Positions 37,005 to 47,814 are shown, counted from the first letter of the whole stretch. The stretch is 62,491 bases of DNA, filler included, from 9 parts of 9 records of this genome joined end to end with filler, not necessarily neighbours in it, one strand, 5' to 3'. Notes: a model not told the origin generated them from the letters alone. Program-made: numbers and translations.

Positions 37005-39875
37005 CTAATCATCATCCGTTTTTTGGGGGGATGACGTGGGGTTGGAGGCTTCAATTTTTATCCGTTTGTCTCCTTGGATTTGTACTATATGATCAGGTGT
37101 ACCTGGTATGCTTCCGATCCCATTGCCCTCGGTGACGAAAACAATGTGATACGTTTGCTTCTCGGGTTTACCCTTGTAACTGCCGGCTCGTGGTCCGATT
37201 GAAAGAGTCGTTTTTTCTTCGTCCCAGTGGATCGGGGTTTCTGCGTATTCGCCCTTCTCATAGGCGTATCCGTCACTGGCGTCCTCGTACAGAGTGAACG
37301 TTCCACTTTTGCCACGATACACGCGAAGCTCGATCGGATCGGGCTTTACGCCTGCGTGTTCAACGACCGGTCCCATTGGAATGATCGAACCCGCTCGCAC
37401 ATAGAGCGGTATGATTTCAATAGGAGCTGAGGCATCAATAGGCTTCCCGCCAGTCAGGCGTTTGCCTGTCCAGAAATCAAACCATGTTTCTCCTGCCGGA
37501 AGATAAACCGTGCGAGATGGGCTTTTCGTGACATCTGTTGGTGGTTTCCATCGAAGTTCGATAGTCGCCGCTCCCGCATACTGGAAGTATTCCACTTTGA
37601 TCGGCACACGAGTCTGAGCAGGCAAAACGACCTCTGCAGTTCGGGTCACAACAGCCCGTGCATTCCAATCCTCGATGATGAGCTTCCCGTTGATCCAGAG
37701 ACGCATTCCATCATCCGCCGACAACTCGAACAGATATGTTCCCGCTTCTCGTGTCAGAAGCGAACCCTCCCAGCGGACGCTGAAATGGTCCATCTGCATC
37801 CCGGGCAGGGGATCGCGACGGGGGTTTTTCCCTACCCCTTCTCGTTTCACTTTGTCCCAGTTGAAAGAAAGAGTCGCATCCCGTCTGTCGAGTTTCTTTT
37901 CTTCGAAATTTCTTCCCTGGAAGTACGTTGCCGAAAGTCCTCCAGCCTGCCCCTCACGGTCTATAAGATTCGTTTTTGGGATTACCGTTCCAATACCTCT
38001 TGTGGGCTCGGTTACCGGGCAGACCATCATTGCCGGGCCGAAAAGAAACTGATCTGAAGTCTGAACGGCTCGCCGATCTGAAGGGAAATCCATGACGAGT
38101 GGACGCATCATGGAAGATGCGTTGCTCGTAATCTGCCAGGCAATCGAGTAGATATAAGGAAGTAGTCGATAACGAAGCTTGTCATACTCGATCAGGATGG
38201 CTTCGGTTTCGGGGCCGAACTCCCACATTTCCTTATGAGCATTTGTGCCGTGAACCCGGAACATTGGGCAGAACGTTCCGAACTGGAACCATCTTGTAAA
38301 GCATTCTCGGTAATCCGGGTCCCCAGGTGATCGACTGAAGAATCCACCGATATCCGTATTCCAGTAGGGGATTCCTGTCAGGACGAAATTGAGCCCGGCT
38401 GGTATCTGGTTTTTGAACGTTTCCCAGTCGCTTCCAACATCGCCTGACCAGGCTGTTGCAGCATTCCTTTGCAGGCCACTGTACGCAGAACGCGTGAGGA
38501 TGAAGACGCGCTTCTCATCAGTCTGCGCACGCTGACCTTTATATACCGCACTGGTTGTCATCAGGGGATATGCGTTAAAGACACGGTAACCGGGACCTGC
38601 AGCCGTAGGCACGTCTCTGTATTCTCCCCATTTGCCGCTAAGCTCGGGTTCTGTCGCATCGAGCCACCAGCCATCAAAACCGAGGGAGAACAACTGCTGC
38701 GACAGTTGCCGCCAGTACATCTTGCGGGCTCCGGGGTTAAAGGCATCATACCATTGACTTTCCCCGCGTGGCCATACGTTTGGATATACGTCTGGATACA
38801 GATAGCCAGCGGTTTTCATCTCCTTATAGTTCTGGCTTCCTTTGTCGATCTTAGCCCAGACGGAGATGATTGCGTGGAAGTTGTCAGCATGGAGTTTGTC
38901 CATCATCGCCTTTGGATCGGGATAGCGGTTCTTGTCGAAGGCATGGCTACCCCAGGGATGAGGATCCCAGTACCGCCAGTCCTGGATGATCCCATCGATG
39001 GGAATCTTACGTTTACGATACTCCCTGGCAATACCGAGTAGTTCCTCCTGGGTTTTATAATGTTCGCGGCATTGCCAGAAACCATAAGCCCAGCGTCCCC
39101 ACATGGGAGCATCGCCCGTGATCTGCCGATACCCTTGAATGACTTCATCCGCTGAGGGACCATACATGAAATAATAATCGATGGTATCACCAGCTTCGGA
39201 GCACCATGTCAGGTGTTGTTCGTTTCCTGGGATTCCGACATGGACATCGGTAATGGCAGGATTGTCCCAGAGTATTCCATATCCTTGGTTGGAGAAAAGA
39301 ACCGGAACACCGATGACTCCATTCTTTTGTTGAAGGTGAACTGTTGAGCCTCGATAGTCCCATCGTCCATCAGGATGTTGCCCAAGCCCGAAGATGGCTT
39401 CCTTCTCTTTCAGGATAAAACTCTGAGTAGGTTGCAGAGTTGCACTGTCTTTGAAACAGGAAGAGGGGAAGGAACTGCTTGCCTCGGTCAGAATTGTGGA
39501 TTGACTGTTATCCAGGAAAGCTACAATTCCATTGGAGAGATTAACTCGTACTCGAATCGATTTCGTAACCAGTTCCAATGAGTCTTCGGTTCGGTTGCAG
39601 GTCCAGCCCGTTTGTAACGGATGAGCGATGACCGCCAGGCTGTGAATACCCGGAATTTTGTCACCAGGGGCGCGGGTGACTCGAATGATGTTTTCTCCAT
39701 ACGCTTGAAGCCGAATGATCTGATTCCCGACCTGGATGGAATGAATATTCTGCATGTCAGGGTAAACCTCCTCTGCAAGTGTCGATGAGGGTAGGTTGCC
39801 AAGGGCACATGCCAGGATGATGATATAGAAGAAAGATTTTGCTTGGAAGGAGTTTTTTCGTAACACTAGATTCAT
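37005..39875 (-). CDS. GH31 glycosidase (alpha-xylosidase-like) with PA14 insertion
   Basis: GWWLDATEPE nucleophile motif, WSGD, TDIGGF; PA14 FSVRWEG...ADDGMRLWING. Confidence 0.9.
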   Translation of the reverse strand: MNLVLRKNSFQAKSFFYIIILACALGNLPSSTLAEEVYPDMQNIHSIQVGNQIIRLQAYGENIIRVTRAPGDKIPGIHSLAVIAHPLQTGWTCNRTEDSLELVTKSIRVRVNLSNGIVAFLDNSQSTILTEASSSFPSSCFKDSATLQPTQSFILKEKEAIFGLGQHPDGRWDYRGSTVHLQQKNGVIGVPVLFSNQGYGILWDNPAITDVHVGIPGNEQHLTWCSEAGDTIDYYFMYGPSADEVIQGYRQITGDAPMWGRWAYGFWQCREHYKTQEELLGIAREYRKRKIPIDGIIQDWRYWDPHPWGSHAFDKNRYPDPKAMMDKLHADNFHAIISVWAKIDKGSQNYKEMKTAGYLYPDVYPNVWPRGESQWYDAFNPGARKMYWRQLSQQLFSLGFDGWWLDATEPELSGKWGEYRDVPTAAGPGYRVFNAYPLMTTSAVYKGQRAQTDEKRVFILTRSAYSGLQRNAATAWSGDVGSDWETFKNQIPAGLNFVLTGIPYWNTDIGGFFSRSPGDPDYRECFTRWFQFGTFCPMFRVHGTNAHKEMWEFGPETEAILIEYDKLRYRLLPYIYSIAWQITSNASSMMRPLVMDFPSDRRAVQTSDQFLFGPAMMVCPVTEPTRGIGTVIPKTNLIDREGQAGGLSATYFQGRNFEEKKLDRRDATLSFNWDKVKREGVGKNPRRDPLPGMQMDHFSVRWEGSLLTREAGTYLFELSADDGMRLWINGKLIIEDWNARAVVTRTAEVVLPAQTRVPIKVEYFQYAGAATIELRWKPPTDVTKSPSRTVYLPAGETWFDFWTGKRLTGGKPIDASAPIEIIPLYVRAGSIIPMGPVVEHAGVKPDPIELRVYRGKSGTFTLYEDASDGYAYEKGEYAETPIHWDEEKTTLSIGPRAGSYKGKPEKQTYHIVFVTEGNGIGSIPGTPDHIVQIQGDKRIKIEASNPTSSPQKTDDD

Positions 39876-39948
39876 TGGGGTTTCCTTGATTGAAGTAATG
39901 TAGGGTTTGGTTTTTCAAGTTCTCTAGCAACGGCAAGGCAACATTCTT

Positions 39949-41642
39949 CTACTTTTTGGAAGTTTTTGCCTGTCTCCCGATAGGTTCACCTGCGTCTCCA
40001 GGTTTGAATGGTGCCGAAAGCGGATCCATTGGCTTGATTGAATCATCCGGATTGAATTCCATGCGAACGAGACAGGTCTGGCGTTTGTAGCCGTTTCCGT
40101 CTGGAATGGCATGGCGATGATAAACAGCGTACCAGCGATCCGTACCCGGGACGTTGACAATGCTGTGATGAGCGGTTCCGACCGCAGGTCCATTCTGACG
40201 CAGCACAATGAAATCCTTACTTGCCGGTGTGACTGGCCCGAACGGGCTCTCGGCGGTTCCCCAACCGACTCGATAGTCCGGGCTCCGGGCGTCATCGATG
40301 GACCACATGAAGTAGTATTTCCCTGCGCGTTTGAAGACGACGATACCCTCCCGGAATTCCTTAAGTTGGATTTCAATAGGTTCACCATCCAATGTGACCA
40401 TGTCGGGCTTCAGTTTCACGACCTCGGCGAAGTTGCCATTGCCGTAATACAGGTATGCCTGGCCGTCATCGTCGATGAAGGGGTAGGGATCAATGGTGTT
40501 GGTCCTGACGCTTCCTCCCTTTTTCAGGAGAGGTCGATCTATCGCATCTTTGAACGGTCCGGTCGGCGTGGGAGCTGAGGCGACACCAATTTTCCCTCGG
40601 GCACAGAAATAAAAGAAGTACTTCCCGTCACGTTCAATGCAATCAGGCGCCCATGCCTGGAGATCAGCCCAGGACAAATCTTTCGTGACATCAAGAATGA
40701 CACCTTCTTTTTTCCAGTCGACAAGATTCGGAGAAGACCACACGGCAAACTCGGTAGTATTCCAGTTGGGTTTGTCAGACGTCGGGTATACATAATATTT
40801 ATCGCCGAAAACACGAATCGCAGGATCTGCAGTGAATCCTTCGAGGATGGGTTTGGGAGCGGAGGCTTCCTTATTCTTCTGGTGCGCATTCAGATTGTTC
40901 ATGATGGTTTCAGGCACAGCGACGATTGTCCCATGCCTGTGTCCGGGAATCAGCGTGACTTCGGATGTGATGTTCTTCCAGGTTTTCCAGTCGCGAGTGG
41001 AATACATGGCACAGCGGTGTTCTCGATAAAAATCAAGAATAGCCAGGGTTTCTTTCTCTGTGTCGATGAACGTGATTCCCTCGGCGAAGTCAGTGAGTAC
41101 AGGAGGCAACGTGAGTTTGTAAGGCCCGAGAGGATCATCCGCTACTGCAACATGGATTGGCCCGGGGATATTCCGACGCTGCTGATCGCCTTCTTTGATC
41201 ATCGCGTAATACGTGCCGTTCCTTTCGTGAATCGTTGTGTCGATATGGTCAAAGCCGGGATCGATCAGTATCTTCGGTTCTTCACTGAACGTCTCAAAAT
41301 CCTTTGTGGTCACATAGTACGTGCGATTATTCATGCGATGTTTCGAAACGGTATCCGGGAAACGTCCTTCAACGTCGGACGACCAGGTAATGACATACTG
41401 TTTACGCCCCTTGTCATAAAAGGTTTCCGGTGCCCAGCAGTTTTTCGCGCCGGGTACATCATTCATCAATGGCAGGAATTGTTGTTTTGACCAGTGAATG
41501 AGGTCTCGTGAGGAAGCGTACCCGATCCCTTTGTCTTTCCAGCCGGATGTCCACACCAATCGGAACACGCCATCTTTATCGAGAAGAAGGTGTGGATCTC
41601 GCATGAGCTTACTGCCGACCTGTGGACGAAGGAAAATCCCAC
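39949..41642 (-). CDS. Tandem GH43-like beta-propeller glycosidase, 5' end cut by gap
   Basis: Domain 1: MRDP, WAPE, HIDT, AEG. Domain 2: ADP, WAPD, IDPY, EG. Confidence 0.85.
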
Positions 41643-41743
41643 NNNNNNNNNNNNNNNNNNNNNNNNNNNNNNNNNNNNNNNNNNNNTTAATTAATTAANN
41701 NNNNNNNNNNNNNNNNNNNNNNNNNNNNNNNNNNNNNNNNNNT

Positions 41744-42229
41744 TTGAAAGTCAACATTCGACCGGCATCATATGAAGACGCCGAAGAATTGGCTTCTATC
41801 ATCAGCCGCTCCTTTGCCACGGTTGCCGAACGTTATGATCTGACTAAGGAAATTGCTCCCACCCATCCGTCCAATTGCACTCCCGACTGGATTGAAACCG
41901 CTCTGCGGAAAGGGATTTATTACTATTTGCTGGAAGAAAACGGCCGGGCGATCGGGTGCGCCGCCATGGAAAAGGCGGGAGATAATGTATGTTATCTCGA
42001 AAGACTGGCGGTTTTGCCCGAGTTCAGAAATTCCGGGTACGGGCGGACCCTGGTGGAACACGTTATACATGAAGCCGCAGGCCCGGGAATATACCGTGTT
42101 GAAATCGCAATTATTTCCTGGCAGACGGATCTGCGGGAATGGTACGAAAAACAGGGCTTTATTATTTCAGGAACCAAGTCCTTCGACCATCTCCCCTTTG
42201 ACGTTATATTTATGTATTTACAGAAATAA
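41744..42229 (+). CDS. GNAT family N-acetyltransferase
   Basis: LERLAVLPEFRNSGYG, WYEKQGF; the start lies at the contig edge. Confidence 0.88.
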   Translation: MKVNIRPASYEDAEELASIISRSFATVAERYDLTKEIAPTHPSNCTPDWIETALRKGIYYYLLEENGRAIGCAAMEKAGDNVCYLERLAVLPEFRNSGYGRTLVEHVIHEAAGPGIYRVEIAIISWQTDLREWYEKQGFIISGTKSFDHLPFDVIFMYLQK

Positions 42230-42241
42230 GCATTTTAAGTA

Positions 42242-42634
42242 TCAACCTTTAATAAGCTCAATAGTTGCGGTTTTGACTTTACCCGGCTTTCCAAGATACT
42301 TGCCCCTGAAATACAGCTTTTTTATTCCACTGCCTTCGCTGAGAATGAATTTGATGATGCCGTTAAAGGGAAGCCTTTTCCAATGGCAGTCAACGAACTC
42401 CTTGTCTTCACAGACAATATATTCGGTCGGACGGCCGATAAATTCCAATTTTATTGTAATTTCGCGTTCATTAGTTTTCGCAGCGCCGTCGTTTATCTCA
42501 ATGCTCACTATGTGCGTTTCTTCGCTGCCGCCTCTCGCCAGCCGCCCTTCCCCGCTGCCGGACGCATTAACCGCCCAAATAAGAGCAACGGCAAGAATCA
42601 TAAATGTTGTCAGAATCTTTGCGTTTCTCATCAT
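42242..42634 (-). CDS. Small secreted protein with one beta-sandwich-like module
   Basis: Signal peptide; IEINDGAAKT...W...FILSEGSGIKKLYFR. Confidence 0.6.
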   Translation of the reverse strand: MMRNAKILTTFMILAVALIWAVNASGSGEGRLARGGSEETHIVSIEINDGAAKTNEREITIKLEFIGRPTEYIVCEDKEFVDCHWKRLPFNGIIKFILSEGSGIKKLYFRGKYLGKPGKVKTATIELIKG

Positions 42635-42920
42635 TTTGATCCCCCATATAGAAAACCGGATGTTAATGATTCAATACGTATAAGTACAACGAAAGTGCTT
42701 TATTTATCTGAAACTGATAAGGCGCCCGGTCAATAGAGCCAGCCGAATCCTCCCAAAATTCAGCCATAAAGTCAATATGACCTTAACTGATTAAACCTCT
42801 AATTTCCCCTACCCCCCAAACGGGCGATGTCCCGGATATTTTGCGGCATATAATTCATAACCGAACAGCAGGGCAATCAAGCCGGTGCTTCCTATTAATC
42901 TTGCTCGAAAGGAGTTATGT

Positions 42921-43088
42921 ATGTCAAAACCGACAAGTCCCATGGAAATATTCAAATTACTGGAAAAATCAAATTGCCGGGAATGCGGAGAGCCGACCTG
43001 CCTTGCCTTTGCCGCCTCTGTGTTCAAAGGAAAGCGCAAAATCGAGGAATGTCCTCGTTTAGACAAGGATGCATTAAAGGCTTCATGA
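42921..43088 (+). CDS. 55-aa stand-alone Fe-S binding domain (AcsC/RnfB N-terminal type)
   Basis: NCRECGEPTCLAFAASVFKGKRKIEECP (Cx2Cx4C...CP); AAAGGAG RBS. Confidence 0.75.
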   Translation: MSKPTSPMEIFKLLEKSNCRECGEPTCLAFAASVFKGKRKIEECPRLDKDALKAS

Positions 43089-43287
43089 TCCGGGCGCTCC
43101 TGGTGACGGCCGTATATAAATGAGAATAAGAGGGAATAGCGGCGGCGGCGATGAAGAAGGCCGCGACCGGGCGGCTTTGATTGCTCGCAATCTTTACCGT
43201 ATTACGCCGGCCTGCCGTTTTCCCTTGACAGCCGTGCATGTGTAATTATTGTATCTGTTGAGTGAAAATCATACGCAGGAGATTCTA

Positions 43288-44046
43288 ATGGGCATAACAA
43301 TCGGAATGGCCGGCAAAGGCGGAACCGGTAAAACGACTTTGGCCGGTTTGACCGTAAAATATCTGGTTAATAAGGGCTTGAGTCCGATTTTGGCAGTGGA
43401 TGCGGATTCCAATGCGAATCTTAACGAAGTGTTGGGGCTGCAATTCGACAACACCCTTAGCGACGCCCGGGAGGAAATGAAAAAAGGCGGCCTGCCGGGA
43501 ATGACCAAGGATGTTCTTATCGAAATGAGGGCCAATGAAGCATTGGTGGAATCCGATGCTTACGACCTGATCGTCATGGGGCGGCCGGAAGGCTCGGGTT
43601 GCTATTGCGCGGCCAACACGGTCCTGACCAACGTTTTGGAAAAACTGCTCGATAATTATCCATACCTGGTCATAGACAACGAAGCAGGCATGGAACATAT
43701 TTCCAGGTTGACCACCAAGAAGCTGGATATTTTTTATGTTGTTTCCGATGCCAGCCGCCGGGGCCTGACAGCAGCCATACGCATCTGGAACCTGGTGGAC
43801 GAACTCAAGATTGATGTCGGGACCAAGTATTTGATACTCAACCAGGTAAGGGGCGAAGTCGCTCCCGCTCTTATGGAAGAAATCGAAAAAGAAGGACTGA
43901 ACCTGGCCGGGGTCATCCCTGAAGACGACACTATCTATGAATACGATCAGACCGGGAAGCCGACCAGCGATATAGGAATGGACAATCCGGCTGTGGCCAG
44001 GGCTTACGAAATATTTGAAAAAACGCTGTCTAACGGCGTCCTGTAA
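43288..44046 (+). CDS. cooC: CooC/AcsF-type nickel-insertion ATPase
   Basis: GKGGTGKT, DADSNANL, GSGCYC, DNEAGMEHISR. Confidence 0.88.
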   Translation: MGITIGMAGKGGTGKTTLAGLTVKYLVNKGLSPILAVDADSNANLNEVLGLQFDNTLSDAREEMKKGGLPGMTKDVLIEMRANEALVESDAYDLIVMGRPEGSGCYCAANTVLTNVLEKLLDNYPYLVIDNEAGMEHISRLTTKKLDIFYVVSDASRRGLTAAIRIWNLVDELKIDVGTKYLILNQVRGEVAPALMEEIEKEGLNLAGVIPEDDTIYEYDQTGKPTSDIGMDNPAVARAYEIFEKTLSNGVL

Positions 44047-44130
44047 AAATAAGCGATAACTATCAGTTATGCGGGCTGTCTGTTTCCATGGACAGCCCGA
44101 CCCGCCTTTAATAATTCGAAAGACACCGAT

Positions 44131-45396
44131 ATGTCCTTGGAAAAACAACGACCCAAAACAGTGGTTTTAGGCCTGGACGGCGTGAGTCATAGCCTGCTTG
44201 GACGACTCACACGGGCCGGGCTCATGCCGAACATGTCATCTTTAATGGAAAAATCCGCTTTCGGGGCGATGAACAGCACCTTGCCGGAAATATCTCCCGT
44301 TGCCTGGACCACATTTTTTACCGGCCGATCCCCTGCAGAACACGGCATATACGGTTTTACCGATTTTGAGACGCCCGGGTACAAGCTCGTCTTCAATTCC
44401 TCGGCCCAGGTCAGGACGCCTTATATCTGGGACTGGATGTCCATGCGAGGCTGTAAATCGGTTGTCCTTAACGTGCCTTTGACATACCCGGCCCGCCCCT
44501 TGTCCGGTGTAATGGTTTCCGGTTTTGTGGCCCTGGATTACGATCGGGCCGCCTTTCCCGCCTGGGTCGCCGATTACCTTCGCGAAGAAAATTACAGGCT
44601 TGAAGCCGATTTTGAGAAAGTTCACCAGGATAGGGACGTTTTTCTGGACGACCTGTCCGCGGCCCTGGAAGGCAGGTTCAAACTTTTCGAAAGATTTTGG
44701 CCTGATGAATGGGACCTTTTTGTTCTGGTGGCAACCGACACGGATCGCCTTTTTCATTTTTTCCTGGGGGAATATCTGGATGGAGGCCCGATCACGGATT
44801 ATTTTGAAAACTTCTTTACCAGGGTTGATGATTTGGCGGGGCAGGTTGTAAGCAGAACTGAAGAACTGGCCGCAAAAGGTGAAAACGTTTCCCTGATCAT
44901 GCTGTCAGACCATGGCTTTACAGCAGTTAAGGAGGAATTTCACCTTAACCGGTGGTTGGCTGCCAACGGTTTTATGACGGAACCCGGACCTCGGGCCGCG
45001 GCCCTGGCCCTGGATCCCACCAGGATCTATTTCAACCGGCCGCCCAGGTTTGCAGGAGGTCGTATTAATCCGGCCGACTGCCCCAGGCTGGCCCGAGATT
45101 TGGAATCGGCTCTTATCCGGGAACCGGCTGTTAAATCAATTGAATTCGGTCGAGACCTGTATTCGGGGCCCATGGCCCCCCTGGCGCCCGACCTTGTCGT
45201 CCGGCCCAATCCCGGGTACGAATTCAAGGCTAAATTCAATGCCGGACCGATATACACTCCCTCGCCTCTTACCGGCACGCATACATATGAAGACGCCTTT
45301 TACCTGATCAATAATTTCGATTCCAAGCCGGAATCCCTTGAAATCAGGGATATTCTCGATCTGGGCCGACGACTCTTATCAATCTACGGTTTTTAG
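44131..45396 (+). CDS. Alkaline phosphatase superfamily / nucleotide pyrophosphatase
   Basis: LGLDG, STLPEISPVAWTTFFTG, DRLFH, SDHGF, GTH. Confidence 0.88.
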   Translation: MSLEKQRPKTVVLGLDGVSHSLLGRLTRAGLMPNMSSLMEKSAFGAMNSTLPEISPVAWTTFFTGRSPAEHGIYGFTDFETPGYKLVFNSSAQVRTPYIWDWMSMRGCKSVVLNVPLTYPARPLSGVMVSGFVALDYDRAAFPAWVADYLREENYRLEADFEKVHQDRDVFLDDLSAALEGRFKLFERFWPDEWDLFVLVATDTDRLFHFFLGEYLDGGPITDYFENFFTRVDDLAGQVVSRTEELAAKGENVSLIMLSDHGFTAVKEEFHLNRWLAANGFMTEPGPRAAALALDPTRIYFNRPPRFAGGRINPADCPRLARDLESALIREPAVKSIEFGRDLYSGPMAPLAPDLVVRPNPGYEFKAKFNAGPIYTPSPLTGTHTYEDAFYLINNFDSKPESLEIRDILDLGRRLLSIYGF

Positions 45397-45546
45397 CAAT
45401 ATTCAAATCCAAAAAATAATTGGAAGCTGTTACCCGAAAATTACGTTTTGGCGACCCGTTGCCCGTTCTTCCGGAAACCCTGTCAATTGAGTCAAAAATG
45501 GGCTAATATTCATAAAATATCCCGTTTATAGAAAGGATAATGGCTC

Positions 45547-46911
45547 ATGACCGACGCCGGCCTGAACCTGACCGACCTAGCTGCATATAAGGAATCCTGT
45601 CTGGCAATCGCCCGTGAAAGACTTGGAAGTTTTTCATCTATTGCCGATATTGCTGAAAAGCAGGATGAATTGAATGCGTACCAAAACCTGGGCAGGCTTT
45701 CGGAACCTAAAGAAATCCAAATCCTGGCCGAAGATTCAATCAAGCCTGATGATATGGAATCAGCCAAATGGGCCGCCCTGGACGGCCGCATTTTTTTCGA
45801 GCATACGGCCGCGGGTGAAGCGACCAGGCTTAAACTGGGCACAAAATTCCTGATCGATGTTTCCCGGGACCTGACGGTTGAAATCATGGCGGAAGGAATA
45901 AGCGACGAGCTGGAAAAAAGCGTATCCCCTGATGAGGTAAGGACAAACCTGTCCGTGGAACCGGCCGAACTCATACCCCTTGATCTCGGTTCCAGGCATA
46001 TGCTGCAACTTGCTTTTGATTTGTCCAGGCTTGCCGGGGAATACGGCCGGGATGCCCGCAATGTGCTGGCCTGCCAAAAGAACCTTTTGATAATGAATGA
46101 AAAAACCGCCCAAACGATAATCGATCAGGCGGTTGAATATAATTTTTATGGGTTTGCACGGGAAAATTTCCTGTTCATGATCCAGCCTGCGTTTCACGGC
46201 ATAAACCTGGTTGACGGGCGGTTCTTTTTTGATAAAGACAGTCCAAAACGCATGCACAATCACGGTCAGCTTGTTATGCAGGAAACCATGGACAACATGA
46301 TTTTCAGGCTGAACGAAACCGGCGGGCGGGAATATCTGCCATCTGATGAATTCGGAAAGATTCTACAAGGATCCCTGGACAAGATTTCGTACAATATCGA
46401 AGACTTGGGTTATCTGACCGGATCCATGGATTGGCCGAGCCAGGCCCTTGCTCTCACTCTGGGCGACAAGGGTTTCCGCATGGTCATGGAAATAGTGGCC
46501 AATAATCCGGACCGGCCGCAAAAAGGGGGGCTTGCCGCCTGGGACGAAGTCCTTAACAGGAATGTTATGATCGAAAGCTTTCAACTAAAAGGCATACCCA
46601 ATGAGGATATCAGGTACCTGAATAAAAATTTCAATCATTACACCAGGCCGTATGATATGTGGAATGCGCTGCGCGAACGCGGCCTGCCCATGCCTATCTC
46701 CGTCAAGGAAGGCTTTCTTTATTTTCAGCCTGTTCAGGGAGACATCAATTTTCTGGTCAATACGGCTTTTGTGCAGAGGGAAAAAGTTAAGCCCATCAAG
46801 GCCTGGAAATCAGCAGTAAACACTCCGGCAACGGTCAATGCCATGTGGGAACAGGACAACCAGCCTGGCTTTCACGATTTTGCCTCTGATATAACCGGAA
46901 AGAAGTTCTGA
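45547..46911 (+). CDS. Divergent nucleotidyltransferase, UDPGP/UAP-like
   Basis: AAGEATRLKLGTK loop, IMNEKT, FMIQP, HNHG, NIEDL, QKGG and NKNFN occur in UDPGP-family order. Confidence 0.55.
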   Translation: MTDAGLNLTDLAAYKESCLAIARERLGSFSSIADIAEKQDELNAYQNLGRLSEPKEIQILAEDSIKPDDMESAKWAALDGRIFFEHTAAGEATRLKLGTKFLIDVSRDLTVEIMAEGISDELEKSVSPDEVRTNLSVEPAELIPLDLGSRHMLQLAFDLSRLAGEYGRDARNVLACQKNLLIMNEKTAQTIIDQAVEYNFYGFARENFLFMIQPAFHGINLVDGRFFFDKDSPKRMHNHGQLVMQETMDNMIFRLNETGGREYLPSDEFGKILQGSLDKISYNIEDLGYLTGSMDWPSQALALTLGDKGFRMVMEIVANNPDRPQKGGLAAWDEVLNRNVMIESFQLKGIPNEDIRYLNKNFNHYTRPYDMWNALRERGLPMPISVKEGFLYFQPVQGDINFLVNTAFVQREKVKPIKAWKSAVNTPATVNAMWEQDNQPGFHDFASDITGKKF

Positions 46912-46953
46912 TTTCAAAATATCCCATATGCTCCTGGGTATTATTTTCCGGTT

Positions 46954-46978
46954 GTAGGGGCGGTTCGAGAACCGCCCT
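46954..46978 (+). repeat. GTAG-family REP palindrome between convergent genes
   Basis: GTAG-GGGCGGTTCGAGAACCGCCCT. Confidence 0.7.
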
Positions 46979-46997
46979 TAATCGTTGAATTTATCGG

Positions 46998-47639
46998 TCA
47001 GGCAGCGCTTTCAATTCTTTGGCCGATCAGGCGCCCCAGTTCCAGGGCCTTTTCCCAGACCTCCGTCTGATCTTCAACCCTGATGCACAAATCAGCGGAT
47101 GCCCTGGCTTCCGGGCCATGAAGAGGTTTAACACCGCTCATCTCGCATTCGTCGCCCCGGCCGCAGGTCAGGCAGGGAACATTGCCCATAACCTGAATCT
47201 GCCCCAGCAGATCCATGCGCTCCATGGCAATTTCCGTGGCCATACTTGCACTTACGGGTCCGGTTACTTCGGGGGCGCACCCGGTGACAATGGTGACGAC
47301 AAGTTTTCCCCGGTTCAAATTCGTGACATGGCGCATGGACCACAATCTTTCCAAAAACGCCTTGGTGAAGCCGTCGATATTGGTGTAAGGGGTGTAACTT
47401 CCTATGACCAGGGCCTTGGCTTCCTTAAGTTTTTCCGCCAGGGCCGGGAAGTCGTCCTTAACTTTACATATATTGTCTTCCACGCACTGCTTGCAGGCCA
47501 GGCAGGGCCTTACATTTATAGTGCTCAGTTTAACGAATTCCGTTTCAAGCCCGCCGGCCTCCAGAACGGCTTTGACTATCCTGTCCGTATTGCTGTTTTT
47601 TACAGGGCTGCCGGATATTCCCAGTACATCTATTCCCAT
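46998..47639 (-). CDS. Iron-sulfur flavoprotein / flavodoxin-like FMN reductase
   Basis: GSPVKNSNT, CLACKQC...C, second Cys motif CLTCGRGDEC. Confidence 0.87.
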   Translation of the reverse strand: MGIDVLGISGSPVKNSNTDRIVKAVLEAGGLETEFVKLSTINVRPCLACKQCVEDNICKVKDDFPALAEKLKEAKALVIGSYTPYTNIDGFTKAFLERLWSMRHVTNLNRGKLVVTIVTGCAPEVTGPVSASMATEIAMERMDLLGQIQVMGNVPCLTCGRGDECEMSGVKPLHGPEARASADLCIRVEDQTEVWEKALELGRLIGQRIESAA

Positions 47640-47706
47640 TTTTTTCTCCTCAATTTATCGCTTTCGAGTCTTAACATATATTGTAAACTTTAAATAGACA
47701 TTCAAT

Positions 47707-47722
47707 TGTAGCAACGGCTACT
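47707..47722. promoter_or_regulatory. Crp/Fnr (HcpR-like) binding site
   Basis: TGTAGC-N4-GCTACT; - strand -10 element TACAAT at 47680-47685. Confidence 0.6.
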
Positions 47723-47814
47723 TTGGAATAGCCTGTATTCAGGTTATTCTGCTATCGTTAAATAAAGTAATGATCCAAATAATCATAGGCCGAGAAAAAG
47801 AGGAGCCCGCAATA

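Noticed and set aside
43086-43140. Selenocysteine readthrough of the TGA ending the mini Fe-S ORF
   Set aside because: A second in-frame TGA follows after five codons, the position is not Cys-equivalent, and there is no convincing SECIS
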